DNA of 40,000 bases from Lysobacterales bacterium (GTDB lineage: Bacteria > Pseudomonadota > Gammaproteobacteria > Xanthomonadales > UBA2363): positions 593,227 through 633,226 of the forward strand of contig JAHCAT010000001.1 of assembly GCA_019634735.1 (NCBI GenBank). The letters are read 5' to 3'. Both the position numbers and the translations under genes were made by a program. Positions within the stretch are counted from its first letter, which is position 1; each line of letters starts with the position of its first letter. Under the pieces are notes generated by a model. That model worked only from the letters and a program-made list of their open reading frames with translations. It made no database searches and was not told the origin of the DNA. Shown here piece by piece: positions 8,922 to 17,746 of the stretch.

Positions 8922-9263
8922 TCAGGCCATCGGGTCGTAGAAGAAGACGCGCAGCTCCTGGTCGCAGCGGCAGGCCCGTGCGATGCGGGCCGCCCACCCG
9001 ATCGCCGCCTCGCGCGAAGGCAGTTCCAGCACCGCGAAGCCCCCGTCCAGGTGCGGACCGGTCGGGTAGCCACCATCGATCACCGCACCGTCGGCCGCCA
9101 CCCGCACCGGGGGCACCGAAGCGTCGATACCGCCGCCGAACACGTACACGCCAGCCGCCTTGGCCGCCTCGATCACGGCGTGCGAGTCGCGGTCGGCGGC
9201 GGCCAGTTCAGCCCCGGTCGCCACCATGGCGGCTGCGGGAAACGAGATCAGGTACTTGGCCAA
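8922..9263 (-). CDS. YciI-family protein
   Basis: The 113-aa ORF begins MAKYLISFPAAAM and continues ...GVYVFGGGI...GGFAVLELPSREAAIGWAARIA, typical of YCII/DGPF-type proteins. Confidence 0.7.
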   Translation of the reverse strand: MAKYLISFPAAAMVATGAELAAADRDSHAVIEAAKAAGVYVFGGGIDASVPPVRVAADGAVIDGGYPTGPHLDGGFAVLELPSREAAIGWAARIARACRCDQELRVFFYDPMA

Positions 9264-9326
9264 GGCAATCTCCCGGTGGACCGGGGTCGAGGGTAGCGCC
9301 CCGAGACCCCGGCAGGCAGGGCCCGC

Positions 9327-9638
9327 TCAGACACTTCCCTCCCGCTCGACGACCAGAATCCGGGCCTCGCCGATCGGGTGGGCGACATGTTCGGTGCCGA
9401 CCGTGGCGTGGAACACGTCGCCCGCCGCCAGCACCACGCGCTGCTCGATGCCCGCCTCGCGGTAGCGCATCTCGACCCGGCCGGTCAGCACCGCGAACAC
9501 CTCCTCGCCGTCGTTGACATGCCAGCGGTAGGGCTGATCGGTCCAGTGCAGGCGCGTGGTGATGCCGTCCATATTGGCGATGTCGATGGCACCCCAGGGT
9601 CGCTCCGCCCGCCAGGTGCTGCCGCGGATCACTTTCAT
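9327..9638 (-). CDS. cupin domain protein (copy 1)
   Basis: The 103-aa ORF has the motifs HWTDQPYRWHVNDGEEVFAVLTGRVEM and GDVFHATVGTEHVAHP, which fit the cupin two-motif pattern. Confidence 0.8.
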   Translation of the reverse strand: MKVIRGSTWRAERPWGAIDIANMDGITTRLHWTDQPYRWHVNDGEEVFAVLTGRVEMRYREAGIEQRVVLAAGDVFHATVGTEHVAHPIGEARILVVEREGSV

Positions 9639-9883
9639 GGTTCATTCCTTTTGGCAGCCGAGGGCCGGGGCGCGAACGGCCCGAAACCGCCCCGCGGCGG
9701 AGGCAAGACTACCTGAGCGCGCGCGCCTGCCGCAGCCGCTCCACACGCCGGAACCCGCATCCCGGGCGGGCCAGACGGCGGCCTCGAGCACCTCGTTCCC
9801 GTGCACCGGCGGGCGGCATCCCGCTCCCGCGAAACGACACCGCGTGAAGGGCTGCCCGACAGCGAGACATGCGGCCGGATCCC

Positions 9884-10459
9884 CTACCCGGCATCGTCGC
9901 CAGGCGCAGGATCGACCGCCCCGCCCGCGGCGATCAGCTGCCTGAATAGTTCAAGGGGCAGATCCGCAAGGCCGGCCAGTCGACCTTGATGGTGCGTCAC
10001 CGACAGGCGCAAGCGCGCGGGCGATCCGGTGAAGAAGACCACCCTGCCGTCGCCGTAGGACGTGTTCGGCCGCGCTGTCTCCTCGAAATGCCCGAAGCGG
10101 TCGCCCACCCGGTAGTGCAGCACCGTTCCCGGCCGGAGCAGCATGACCTCCGCCACGGTGTCCACCACCGTGCCCTCGACGACGCGGGTACTGGTCATCA
10201 CGATTGCCGATGCAGCCGCGATCTGCCGCTCGACCGGCCATTCGTGGAAGCGGACGTACTCGTCGTCCGTGAGGCCCGGCGCGCCCGTGCCGCCCGATCC
10301 CGCGTTCCCGACGGAAGCCCTCTCCGGGATGTCGTGGCGGGACAGCACGAAGTGCGTCCACAGGATGGGCACCAGTGCGCTGGCGAGCAGCGCCGCCGCC
10401 AACGCCCAGACCGCCAGGGTCAGTCCCTTGATCGCCCTGGCAGTGGCATTTTCGGTCAT
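9884..10459 (-). CDS. membrane-anchored protein, unknown function
   Basis: The 191-aa ORF has a single N-terminal TM helix (LTLAVWALAAALLASALVPILW). Confidence 0.5.
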   Translation of the reverse strand: MTENATARAIKGLTLAVWALAAALLASALVPILWTHFVLSRHDIPERASVGNAGSGGTGAPGLTDDEYVRFHEWPVERQIAAASAIVMTSTRVVEGTVVDTVAEVMLLRPGTVLHYRVGDRFGHFEETARPNTSYGDGRVVFFTGSPARLRLSVTHHQGRLAGLADLPLELFRQLIAAGGAVDPAPGDDAG

Positions 10460-10629
10460 GGGTCCTCCCCGGGGGTTCCGTCAGATGCCAGTGAGCCGCA
10501 GGGCCTGACATCCCGGCCTGCAAGCGGGCAGCCTGCCGGACTTGGTCGAGTCACGAGTCGCAGCAGGTCTGCGCTCACCATGGCCGCGACGCCGAGCAGT
10601 CCCGGCACCGCGGCGCGCCGCCGGCCGGC

Positions 10630-10995
10630 CTAGCCATGGACCTCGGCGACCTGGTCCAGGTAGAACTGGTTGCCGTCCGGATCGGCGAGCATCGCCATGT
10701 AGCCACCCCAGGGCTGCCGGGCGGGCGGCATCGTGAACTGCACACCCAGCGCCGACAGGCGTGCGTGCTCGGCCTCTAGGTCGGCGACCTCCAGGCCGAT
10801 CCCGGTCGGGCGCCCGACCAGGTCGGCGTGGGCGGTCCCCGGCAGGGAGACGCCCAACCGGACCGGGCCTGCCGAGAACGAGGCATAGCCGTGTTCCGGC
10901 GAGGCGAACTCCAGGGCCAGCCCCAGCGTGTCGCCATAGAAGGCCACGGCCCTGTCGAGATCGCTGACGAAGACGTTGACGTAGGCGAGCTTCAT
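10630..10995 (-). CDS. VOC (glyoxalase) family protein
   Basis: ORF 10630..11436 trimmed to the ATG at 10993-10995 (MKLAYVNVFVSDLDRAVAFYGDTLGL ... PWGGYMAMLADPDGNQFYL). Confidence 0.8.
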   Translation of the reverse strand: MKLAYVNVFVSDLDRAVAFYGDTLGLALEFASPEHGYASFSAGPVRLGVSLPGTAHADLVGRPTGIGLEVADLEAEHARLSALGVQFTMPPARQPWGGYMAMLADPDGNQFYLDQVAEVHG

Positions 10996-11108
10996 GGCCG
11001 CTCCTTCTGTGGTCGGTCCCGGCAGCCGGCCCGGGACGATCCTGCACTGGGGAAGTCTAGTCCCGACTGGCCAGTCCCGCGACGCTCGGCCCGGGCCGCC
11101 AGCGCCCT

Positions 11109-11624
11109 TCAGGCCTCGGCCAGCGCCTGCCCGAGGCGAGTCAGGTTGGCGATGAAGGCATCGCCATGCGCCCAGTCCGGCTGCAGCCTGGCCCAGACGG
11201 CGAGGCGCTTGAGCGCGCGCCCGACATAGGCCTTGGCGGCGGGATCGATCCTCCCCTCGTCGGCGAGCTGGCCGAAGCCGGTCGCCACCACCGAGATGTC
11301 GGTGGTGTAGATGAACTGCTGGTCGTCGAAGTCCGGGTCCTCGATCTGCGCCGCGACCACGGATTCCTCGAAGATCGCGTCCGAGTAATCGGCCACGTCG
11401 ATCTCGCCGACCGCCTCGATGGTCCAGACCAGGCACTCGGTCAGCGGCCGGTCCGGATTCTGCTTGCGCCAGTTGCGGTACTCAAACAGCACGGTGTCGC
11501 CCTCGTCCGAACCGAATGGGCCCAGCTCGTCGGTGCAGTCCCAGAAGAATTCGTCGGGGATGATCTGCAGCGCGCGGGGGTGGCCACGCTCCTTGTCGAT
11601 GGCATCGGCGCTCGGGGCGTCCAC
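11109..11624 (-). CDS. acidic cytoplasmic protein, unknown function
   Basis: The 171-aa ORF has coherent, non-GC-shadow composition (IIPDEFFWDCTDELGPFGSDEGDTVLFEYRNWRKQNP). I cannot name a family with confidence. Confidence 0.55.
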   Translation of the reverse strand: MDAPSADAIDKERGHPRALQIIPDEFFWDCTDELGPFGSDEGDTVLFEYRNWRKQNPDRPLTECLVWTIEAVGEIDVADYSDAIFEESVVAAQIEDPDFDDQQFIYTTDISVVATGFGQLADEGRIDPAAKAYVGRALKRLAVWARLQPDWAHGDAFIANLTRLGQALAEA

Positions 11625-11810
11625 GGATCCTCCTCAAGTCGATGGGGCAGTCGAGCGGGGCATAGCCCAGGCCGGCCATGGCGGTTGGCCGGCGGCATTG
11701 TCGGGCGGTACGGCAGCAGGGTCCAGACATCCGCCGCCAGCGGCAGGTTGCGAACGGATGCCTGCTCGGGCCGGTGAAGGTCGCCACGACGCGCGTCGGA
11801 TGCGGCAGCG

Positions 11811-12155
11811 TCAGACGCTTCCCTCGCGCGCGACGACCAGGATCCTGGTCTCGCCGACCGGATGGGCGACATGCTCGGTGCCGACGGTGGCGTGGAAGAC
11901 GTCGCCCGGCGCCAGCAGCATGCGCTGCCCGACGCCCGCCTCGCGGTAGCAAATCTCGACCCGGCAGGTCGGCACCGCGAACACCTCCTCGCCGTCGTCG
12001 ACGTGCCAGCGACAGGGCTGGTCGGTCCAGTGCAGGCGCGTGCTGATGCCGTCCATGTTGGCGATGTCGATCGCGCCCCAGGGGCGCTCCGCCCGCCAGG
12101 TGCCGCCGCGGATCACTTTCTCGCGTGCTTCCCTCGCGAACTGGGGCGCGGCCAA
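11811..12155 (-). CDS. cupin domain protein (copy 2, diverged paralog of 9327..9638)
   Basis: The protein aligns end to end with copy 1. The ATG of copy 1 is replaced here (ttcat becomes ttctc), so the start must lie upstream (12155) or at an internal GTG. Confidence 0.6.
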   Translation of the reverse strand: MAAPQFAREAREKVIRGGTWRAERPWGAIDIANMDGISTRLHWTDQPCRWHVDDGEEVFAVPTCRVEICYREAGVGQRMLLAPGDVFHATVGTEHVAHPVGETRILVVAREGSV

Positions 12156-12192
12156 CGCACAGGACTGCCGGCGGAATGCGCTGTCCGGTCCT

Positions 12193-12873
12193 CTAGGTGA
12201 GCGCGCTGATCAGCCAGATCAGCGCGAACCACGCGAACCCGGCCACCGTGACGGGATGGACGCGGCGCAGCGTGGTCCAGTCATGGCGTGCCAGCGACAG
12301 GAAGAAGCCGATCCAGACGCCGTAGAAGAAGCCCAGGAACCCGATTTCGTCCACGCGTGCGGTGAACGCCGGGAACAGCGGCTCCATCCAGGAGACGATC
12401 AGCGGGTCGTAGCAGCGCGCCAGCACCGGCCCCAGCATGAAGAAGGTGGCGGTGAGCACCAGCCGCTTGTGCCAGTCCGGCTGCCGCCGCCGCAGCCAGG
12501 CCAGCAGCAGGAAGGCCGCGAAACCCGGGAGGAACAGGCGGTTGGCGCGAACCTCCACCGCCATGTTGCTCCAGCCGCTCCACAGCACGACGAAGATGTA
12601 GAGCGTGCTCAGGACGACGCCGATCGCCACCACGAAGGTGGCCACACCGAGCCGTCTGTGCAGCCGCAGGTTGCGGACCCGGACCAGGTTCGCCTGCGTG
12701 GCCAGCAGTACGTACCAGGCGAGCCCGAACAGGCCGTGGATGACGAACTTCGGATCGCTGTTGCTGGGCTGGCCGATGTCGGTGATGAGGTTGTCGGAGA
12801 ACGCGACAACGCTAAGGACCAGCAGCAGCACGCTGACGATGGAGAAGTAGCGGTTCCCGGCCGTGGTTGCCAT
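12193..12873 (-). CDS. polytopic integral membrane protein
   Basis: ORF 12193..13005 trimmed to the ATG at 12871-12873 (MATTAGNRYFSIVSVLLLVLSVVAF...). It has about six hydrophobic helices. Confidence 0.6.
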   Translation of the reverse strand: MATTAGNRYFSIVSVLLLVLSVVAFSDNLITDIGQPSNSDPKFVIHGLFGLAWYVLLATQANLVRVRNLRLHRRLGVATFVVAIGVVLSTLYIFVVLWSGWSNMAVEVRANRLFLPGFAAFLLLAWLRRRQPDWHKRLVLTATFFMLGPVLARCYDPLIVSWMEPLFPAFTARVDEIGFLGFFYGVWIGFFLSLARHDWTTLRRVHPVTVAGFAWFALIWLISALT

Positions 12874-13031
12874 GGCGTGCTCCCCGGAATGAGTGGCGGT
12901 GCGGAGGATCAGGGGACCGGAGGCAATGCGCAAGCGCCTCCAGGCGGCGCCGGGGATCGGGTCAGGCGGCTGGCATGGGACGGCCCAGGCCTTGCCAGGG
13001 GCCACTTCGATGGCTGTCGTGCGCGCCTGGC

Positions 13032-13349
13032 TCAGGGCCCCGGCTCAAGGAAGCCACCGATGAATCTCTCCTCCAACGCCAGCCCCTCGCACTGCCGGTC
13101 CAGTTCCGCATAGGCCTCGGCACAGGTGCTCCGAAAAGCATCATAGGCGGCCTCGCTCATCCATCGATCCACGGTCAGGTAGCGCCCGGGCGAGCGCCGG
13201 TCGCGCAGGAGCTGCATGCCGATGAAGCCGGCCTGCTGCCGGAACAGCGAACCCCACGCGCCGTCGGGCGCGTAGCACGCTTCGAAGGCGCTGCGGTTCT
13301 CCTCGCTCACCTGGAACGCCCAGATGCAGGTGTACCGCGCGCTCATCAC
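13032..13349 (-). CDS. antibiotic-biosynthesis-monooxygenase (ABM)-like ferredoxin-fold protein
   Basis: The 105-aa ORF contains YTCIWAFQVSEENRSAFEACYAPDGAWGSLFRQQAGFIGMQLLRD...GRYLTVDRWMSEAAYDAF, typical of the ABM/DUF fold. Confidence 0.6.
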   Translation of the reverse strand: MMSARYTCIWAFQVSEENRSAFEACYAPDGAWGSLFRQQAGFIGMQLLRDRRSPGRYLTVDRWMSEAAYDAFRSTCAEAYAELDRQCEGLALEERFIGGFLEPGP

Positions 13350-13431
13350 GAACCGCCCCGAGCGCCGTGGCGCGGCAGCTGTCGGCGGCGGCGGCCGGCG
13401 CCACCTGCACCGCAGCCGGTGGGGGGCGACA

Positions 13432-13944
13432 TCAGATGAGGCTCCTGCGAATCAGGTCCGCCGTCTCCGCCATCTGCGCGGCGGAGGCCTGCACCCTTTC
13501 CCGACGCCGGGCATCGCCGGCGGGATCGTGCGCGGTGCCGGGGACGCGCCCTGCCCCCTCGAAGGTCGCGAGCTGCGGCGGGCCGATGCCCCAGTCGCTG
13601 TCCGGCTGCCTCGGCACGACATGGAAGTGGAAGTGGGGGGTCTCCTGGCCGCTGTAGACGCCGTTGTTCTGGAAGGTCAACAGGCCCAGCGGCTGGAAGG
13701 CCCGCACCAGCGCCTGCCCGACGCGCTGGGCCGCAAGCATCACCGCCATGCATTCCTCCTGGCGCAGCTCGAGCAGGGTCGCGACATGCCGGCGGGTGAT
13801 CACGCAGCACTGGCCGCGCTCGAACTGCCAGGGGTTGAGCACCGTTAGCGTGTACTTGCCCTGGTCGACCACCGCCCAGCGCGTCTCGCGCCCGGCCATG
13901 CCTTCGCACAGGTCGCAGGGGTCGCGTACGGGAAGCTCGAACAT
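13432..13944 (-). CDS. HIT (histidine triad) family protein
   Basis: The histidine triad HFHFHVVP is present within a 170-aa ORF. Confidence 0.8.
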   Translation of the reverse strand: MFELPVRDPCDLCEGMAGRETRWAVVDQGKYTLTVLNPWQFERGQCCVITRRHVATLLELRQEECMAVMLAAQRVGQALVRAFQPLGLLTFQNNGVYSGQETPHFHFHVVPRQPDSDWGIGPPQLATFEGAGRVPGTAHDPAGDARRRERVQASAAQMAETADLIRRSLI

Positions 13945-13967
13945 GGGGCGGCGTCCTCGATGAATGC

Positions 13968-14330
13968 CTAGACCACCAGGCGTGAAACCATGTAGCTCTC
14001 CCCGTCCCTGGCGACCACCCGGATCGGGTGGGTGCTGGCCATGGACAGGAGTTCCGAAGCGGACAGCGGCTCGTCGGCCAGTTCGATGGTCTGCTGCGCA
14101 AGGCCGTCTGTCGCGATCGCGCCCCGCTTGTGCGGCTCCTCGATGATCTGCTTGTTGGCGATCTCCACGCGGCCGGCCATCAGCAGGCGCATGTCCTGGA
14201 TCAGGTAGGCGGCGAGTTCATGGTCGGAGATTTCGCTGCCGGGGATGTCCAGGCGGAAGTCCTGGGCGGACAGGCTGCCGCCATTGGTGAAGTGGACGAC
14301 GAAATCGAACCTGACGCGGTATGTGGTCAT
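13968..14330 (-). CDS. hypothetical protein (120 aa)
   Basis: This is a clean ORF with balanced composition. I recognise no family. Confidence 0.45.
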   Translation of the reverse strand: MTTYRVRFDFVVHFTNGGSLSAQDFRLDIPGSEISDHELAAYLIQDMRLLMAGRVEIANKQIIEEPHKRGAIATDGLAQQTIELADEPLSASELLSMASTHPIRVVARDGESYMVSRLVV

Positions 14331-14412
14331 GACTTTCCTGGTGGCCTGACGCTCGCATCAGGCCGCCCGGCGACACCGCAGCATGAACGCAGGCTTGGAC
14401 GTTGACGAAGGA

Positions 14413-14763
14413 TCAGCCCCAGAAGCAGGCCCATGGGTCCTCATTCACGAGATCGACGAACTCTTCCACCGTGACTACGGCTGGAACCGGCGCATAGCCG
14501 TGCCATTTCAGATCGCTTCGCATCCAGAAAACCCGCCACTGGGCGTCGGTGCGGACCCAGGTGGCCTTCGCGACGGCCTTCTCGACCGTTTCCCCAGGCT
14601 TGCCTCGCCAGGCGGGGCGAGTCTCGAAGATCTCCACGCTCTGGCCGACGATTCGGTAGCCGATGTCGAGCTCTGGGCGGATGTGCACCGGCGGTCGCCT
14701 GGCTTCCACGAAGCCACCGACAATCTTCCGGACGCGGGCTGTCTCGAGTTCGCTGAACGCCAT
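14413..14763 (-). CDS. DUF3024 domain protein
   Basis: ORF trimmed to MAFSELETARV.... The segment ELDIGYRIVGQSVEIFETRPAWRGKPGE...KATWVRTDAQWRVFWMRSDLKWHGY...EEFVDLVNEDPWACFWG matches my memory of DUF3024. Confidence 0.55.
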   Translation of the reverse strand: MAFSELETARVRKIVGGFVEARRPPVHIRPELDIGYRIVGQSVEIFETRPAWRGKPGETVEKAVAKATWVRTDAQWRVFWMRSDLKWHGYAPVPAVVTVEEFVDLVNEDPWACFWG

Positions 14764-14968
14764 GGATTCGATGCCTATTCCCGGGATGTGCCGCCGAGGG
14801 GCGACCACTCATCAGGTAACAGCATGGCGTCTCTCCGCGGTCCCCTCAAGCGCATGATCGGGCGGCTGCACCTGTCATGGCCCGGGCGCTCAACGCCTGG
14901 CGACATCGAGTGCAACTTGGTGAAGCCGCGGTCAGCGCGCTCGTGATGCACCTGACAATTCGTCGCGT

Positions 14969-15003
14969 CGGAAGAAGTCGACTCTGACCCCGGTTCTCAG
15001 GAC
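14969..15003. repeat. REP-like repeat R1 (core TCGACTCTGACCCCGGTT)
   Basis: The sequence is cggaagaagTCGACTCTGACCCCGGTTctcaggac. The same 18-nt core recurs at 15902-15919. The antitoxin stop codon (14997-14999) lies inside it. Confidence 0.8.
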
Positions 15004-15293
15004 CTCGTTGCATCGGCGGGCGCGGCATGCAGTTCGACGCCCAGCGCCCTGACCAGCTTCAGCACCGTGTCGTAGCGTGGCTTTGCCCCTGGGGCGAGCG
15101 CCTTGTAAAGACTCTCCCGGCCCATGCCGGCGTCCTTGGCCAGCCTGGTCATGCCCCGTGCCCTGGCGACATCCGCGATCGCCTGCAGCAGGACGTGGGG
15201 ATTCTCGTCTTCCAGCGCGGCGTCGATGTATTCGGCGATCACCGTCTCGTCATCGAGGTAGTCGGCAGCGTCGAAGCGGGCAAGCGGTTTCAT
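14997..15293 (-). CDS. addiction-module antidote protein (HigA-type HTH antitoxin)
   Basis: ORF trimmed to MKPLARFDAADYLDDETVIAEYIDAALEDENPHVLLQAIADVARARGMTRLAKDAGMGRESLYKAL. This is the classic TIGR02684-type sequence. Its start overlaps the toxin stop by 4 nt. Confidence 0.8.
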   Translation of the reverse strand: MKPLARFDAADYLDDETVIAEYIDAALEDENPHVLLQAIADVARARGMTRLAKDAGMGRESLYKALAPGAKPRYDTVLKLVRALGVELHAAPADATRS

Positions 15294-15592
15294 GGTCGAT
15301 CCTCCAGCCGGTCGAAGAGAGCCTTGGCGCGCCTGATGTCCCTGGCCTGCGTGGACTTGTCGCCAGCGCAAAGCAGGATGTAGACGATCTCGCCCCGCCG
15401 GGCGAAGTACACGCGATAGCCGGGGCCCGTGTGGATCCGCATTTCCCAAATGCCTTGGCCGACAGGCTCGCAGTCGCCCAGGTTTCCGGCCTCGGCCGAG
15501 CGGATGCGCGCCGCGATGCGCGCCTTGCCCCGGGGGTCCTTAAGCGCCTTCAGCCATGCGTCGAATTCGACGGTCCGAAGGAAGGCGTTCAT
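15290..15592 (-). CDS. addiction-module killer protein (RelE/HigB-superfamily toxin)
   Basis: ORF trimmed to MNAFLRTVEFDAWLKALKDPRGKARIAARIRSAEAGNLGDCEPVGQGIWEMRIHTGPGYRVYFARRGEIVYILLCAGDKSTQ. The toxin lies upstream of the antitoxin, which is the HigBA order. Confidence 0.8.
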   Translation of the reverse strand: MNAFLRTVEFDAWLKALKDPRGKARIAARIRSAEAGNLGDCEPVGQGIWEMRIHTGPGYRVYFARRGEIVYILLCAGDKSTQARDIRRAKALFDRLEDRP

Positions 15593-15841
15593 GGCCGAAC
15601 CGTATCCGAACGGATACAGTCGCGTCAATCAGTTCGTTACACCGCCCTTCACTGCCAAACCTGGCCTCCCTCCCGTTCTTCGCCGGAAGCAGGCGCCGTT
15701 GATCCGATGCGGAACGCGGGTCGCGGCCCGAAACAACCAACCCGTGCCAGCTCGTGCCGCCGGCGCGAAGGCACCCACCTCCGGCAACCGCATCCACGCG
15801 AAGCACCAGCCGGTAGATGCAGCGCCCCTGAGCAGGCTCGC

Positions 15842-15927
15842 GAAACCGGGGTCCGAAACCGGGGTCAGGGTGCACTTTTCGAGCGCCGCTGCTTCGGAAA
15901 CTCGACTCTGACCCCGGTTTTCAGAAC
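15842..15927. repeat. REP-like repeat R2 with inverted partial copies (potential stem-loop)
   Basis: GAAACCGGGGTC occurs twice (15842-15853 and 15855-15866), inverted relative to CTGACCCCGGTTTT (15908-15921). The core TCGACTCTGACCCCGGTT is at 15902-15919. The OMP stop codon (15921-15923) lies inside it. Confidence 0.75.
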
Positions 15928-16619
15928 GCCAGGCGCACGCCCGCGTTCAAGGTGGTGATCTTGCCCAGCTCGTAGCCGGCGACCAGGGCGATGTTGGGCC
16001 GGAAGTACCAGCGGCCGTTCACGCCGACCAGGACGTCGGAATCGAAGGCATCGGCGCCGCGCTCGGCGACCTTGCCGACCGGGGTATAGCGCACGTGGCC
16101 CTGCAGGTGCAGCGACTGCGTCGCCGCCCAGACCAGGCCGACCTCGCCGCCGACACCGTCCTCGTCGGCGCTGATGTCGACATCGAAGCCGGCCACCCGC
16201 GCGTCCTTGAACTCCAGCGTGTCGAAGCTGACCCGGCCATACAGCGCCAGCGTGTCCGAAAACGGATAGGCATAGCCGACGCCGATGCGCCAGCGCACCA
16301 GGTCGAAGTCGCCGGTGACGGTGGTGGTCGCGTCGCTGACCTCCAGCTCCTGGCCGCCCGACCAGTAGTCGCCGAACAGGTGGAAGTTCCCCGCGAACTG
16401 CCAGGCGCCGCCCACGAAAACGCCGGCGTCGGCATCGGTCTCGACCTCGAGCGGGCCAAGGCTGCCCCCGAACCGGTCCGACCGCTCGACGTCGTTGACG
16501 AAGCCGCCGGCGATGCCGGCCTCGAGGTAGGTGAAGCCGACCGCCTGGGCGCTGGCCGCCGCCGGCGCGCCCAGGGCAGCCGCCGCGGCGATTGCGATGA
16601 TTTTGTGATGGATGGACAT
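15921..16619 (-). CDS. outer-membrane beta-barrel protein (OmpW/OmpA-barrel-like)
   Basis: ORF 15921..16709 trimmed to the ATG at 16617-16619. The signal peptide is MSIHHKIIAIAAAAALGAPAAASA. The sequence has alternating amphipathic strands and a C-terminal aromatic residue (GVRLAF). Confidence 0.75.
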   Translation of the reverse strand: MSIHHKIIAIAAAAALGAPAAASAQAVGFTYLEAGIAGGFVNDVERSDRFGGSLGPLEVETDADAGVFVGGAWQFAGNFHLFGDYWSGGQELEVSDATTTVTGDFDLVRWRIGVGYAYPFSDTLALYGRVSFDTLEFKDARVAGFDVDISADEDGVGGEVGLVWAATQSLHLQGHVRYTPVGKVAERGADAFDSDVLVGVNGRWYFRPNIALVAGYELGKITTLNAGVRLAF

Positions 16620-16850
16620 GCGGACACCCCTGCTGGGGAACGGGAGGACAGGGCCGGCGATTGCCGCCGGGGGTTGGAGAGACGACCTGGCGGTCGCTAC
16701 GGCGCGCATCTAACTCCCGGGCCGGTGCAGGGCGTGTGATGTCCGGCCGGCGGTCTCGGAGGGCGTCCGCGATGGGCCAGGGCGCTGGCCGGGGACTACG
16801 AAACACACACAAGCGGCGACGGTTCGGAGCGGCCTGGGCGCGGCCGCAAC

Positions 16851-17459
16851 TTGCCAGATGGAAAACAGGGCCACTACAGCACCCGGCTGTGGCGCAGCAC
16901 CCGCCGCTTCCTGTTCCGCGCCGGCAACCTGACCCGGGTGTTTCGCGCCAGGGTGCTGGCCGCCCTGCGGGCCCTGGGCCTGACCCTGCCCGACCCGCTG
17001 CCCGACACCTGGGTGGCCGACTGCACCCGGGTCGGCCGCGGCGAACAGGCCCTGGCCTACCTCGCCCGCTACCTCTACCGCGGCGTGCTCAGCGAACGCG
17101 ACCTGCTCGGCTGCGACGACCAGCGTGTCCGCTTCCGCTACCGCGACAGCACCGGCCAGACCCGCATCCGCTGCCTGCCCGGCGCCGGGTTCCTGGCCCT
17201 GCTGCTCCAGCATGTCCTGCCCAAGGGCTTCCGCCGCGTGCGCGACTTCGGCCTGCTGCACCCCAGGCGCAAGGCCCTGCTGGCACGCGTGCAACTGCTG
17301 CTGCAGGTCCACCTGCCCGACCTGCCCGCACCGGCCCGCTGCCGCCTCCTGTGCCCGCACTGCGGCGAACCCATGCGCATCGTCGCCACCCGCCTGACAC
17401 CGGCGCAGGCGCACCGACGACGAACCCCGCACCACGACCACCGGAGCCGTGCCATGTGA
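16851..17459 (+). pseudogene. IS91-family (Y2/rolling-circle) transposase, C-terminal fragment only
   Basis: The fragment contains FLFRAGNLTRVFRARVLAALRA, WVADCTRVGRGEQALAYLARYLYRG (the Y-x-x-x-Y motif), FLALLLQHVLPKGFRRVRDFGLL and a terminal CPHCG. The N-terminal zinc-finger and HUH part is absent, and the frame opens only with a TTG. Confidence 0.7.
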
Positions 17460-17689
17460 GCGCGAAAACACCGTGCCGCACCGAAACACGAGGCCGTGCG
17501 CCTCGACGGGCAGGCTGCGTCCGAAACAGCCCTTCGCGCCCATGCGCCGGCGAAAACCGGCCGGGCAACGTCGCCACGAACCGCTCCGCACCCCGCACCG
17601 CACGCGCACAGCGCCAACGCGACACTGCACCTCGGCGCCATCGCGAATGCTGTTTCCCTTAAGAACGTATCGGCAAGCCTGACCGGGCT

Positions 17690-17746
17690 TGTTCAACAAC
17701 CGGATCAGATCGCGGCTGCGCGCGATCTATCCTTTGCCGTTAGGTG
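17690..17746 (-). repeat. attC of cassette 10 (short class, last site of the array)
   Basis: Read on the minus strand it is ACCTAAC ... AGATCGCG/CGCGATCT hairpin ... GTTGAAC. The cassette-10 TAA stop lies in the inverse core. Confidence 0.6.

Noticed and set aside
6885-9517. Very long ORFs 6885..8870 (-, 661 aa) and 6920..9517 (+, 865 aa) overlapping the two secreted-protein genes.
   Set aside because: They are Arg/Pro/Gly/Ala-rich low-complexity translations, typical of off-frame or antisense reading of about 70% GC DNA. The in-frame genes 6900..7751 and 7770..8807 have signal peptides and balanced composition.
16661-17699. ORFs 16661..17662 (+, 333 aa) and 16710..17699 (-, 329 aa).
   Set aside because: Both are Pro/Arg/Ala-rich shadow frames over the IS91 transposase fragment. 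Only frame 16851..17459 shows transposase motifs.
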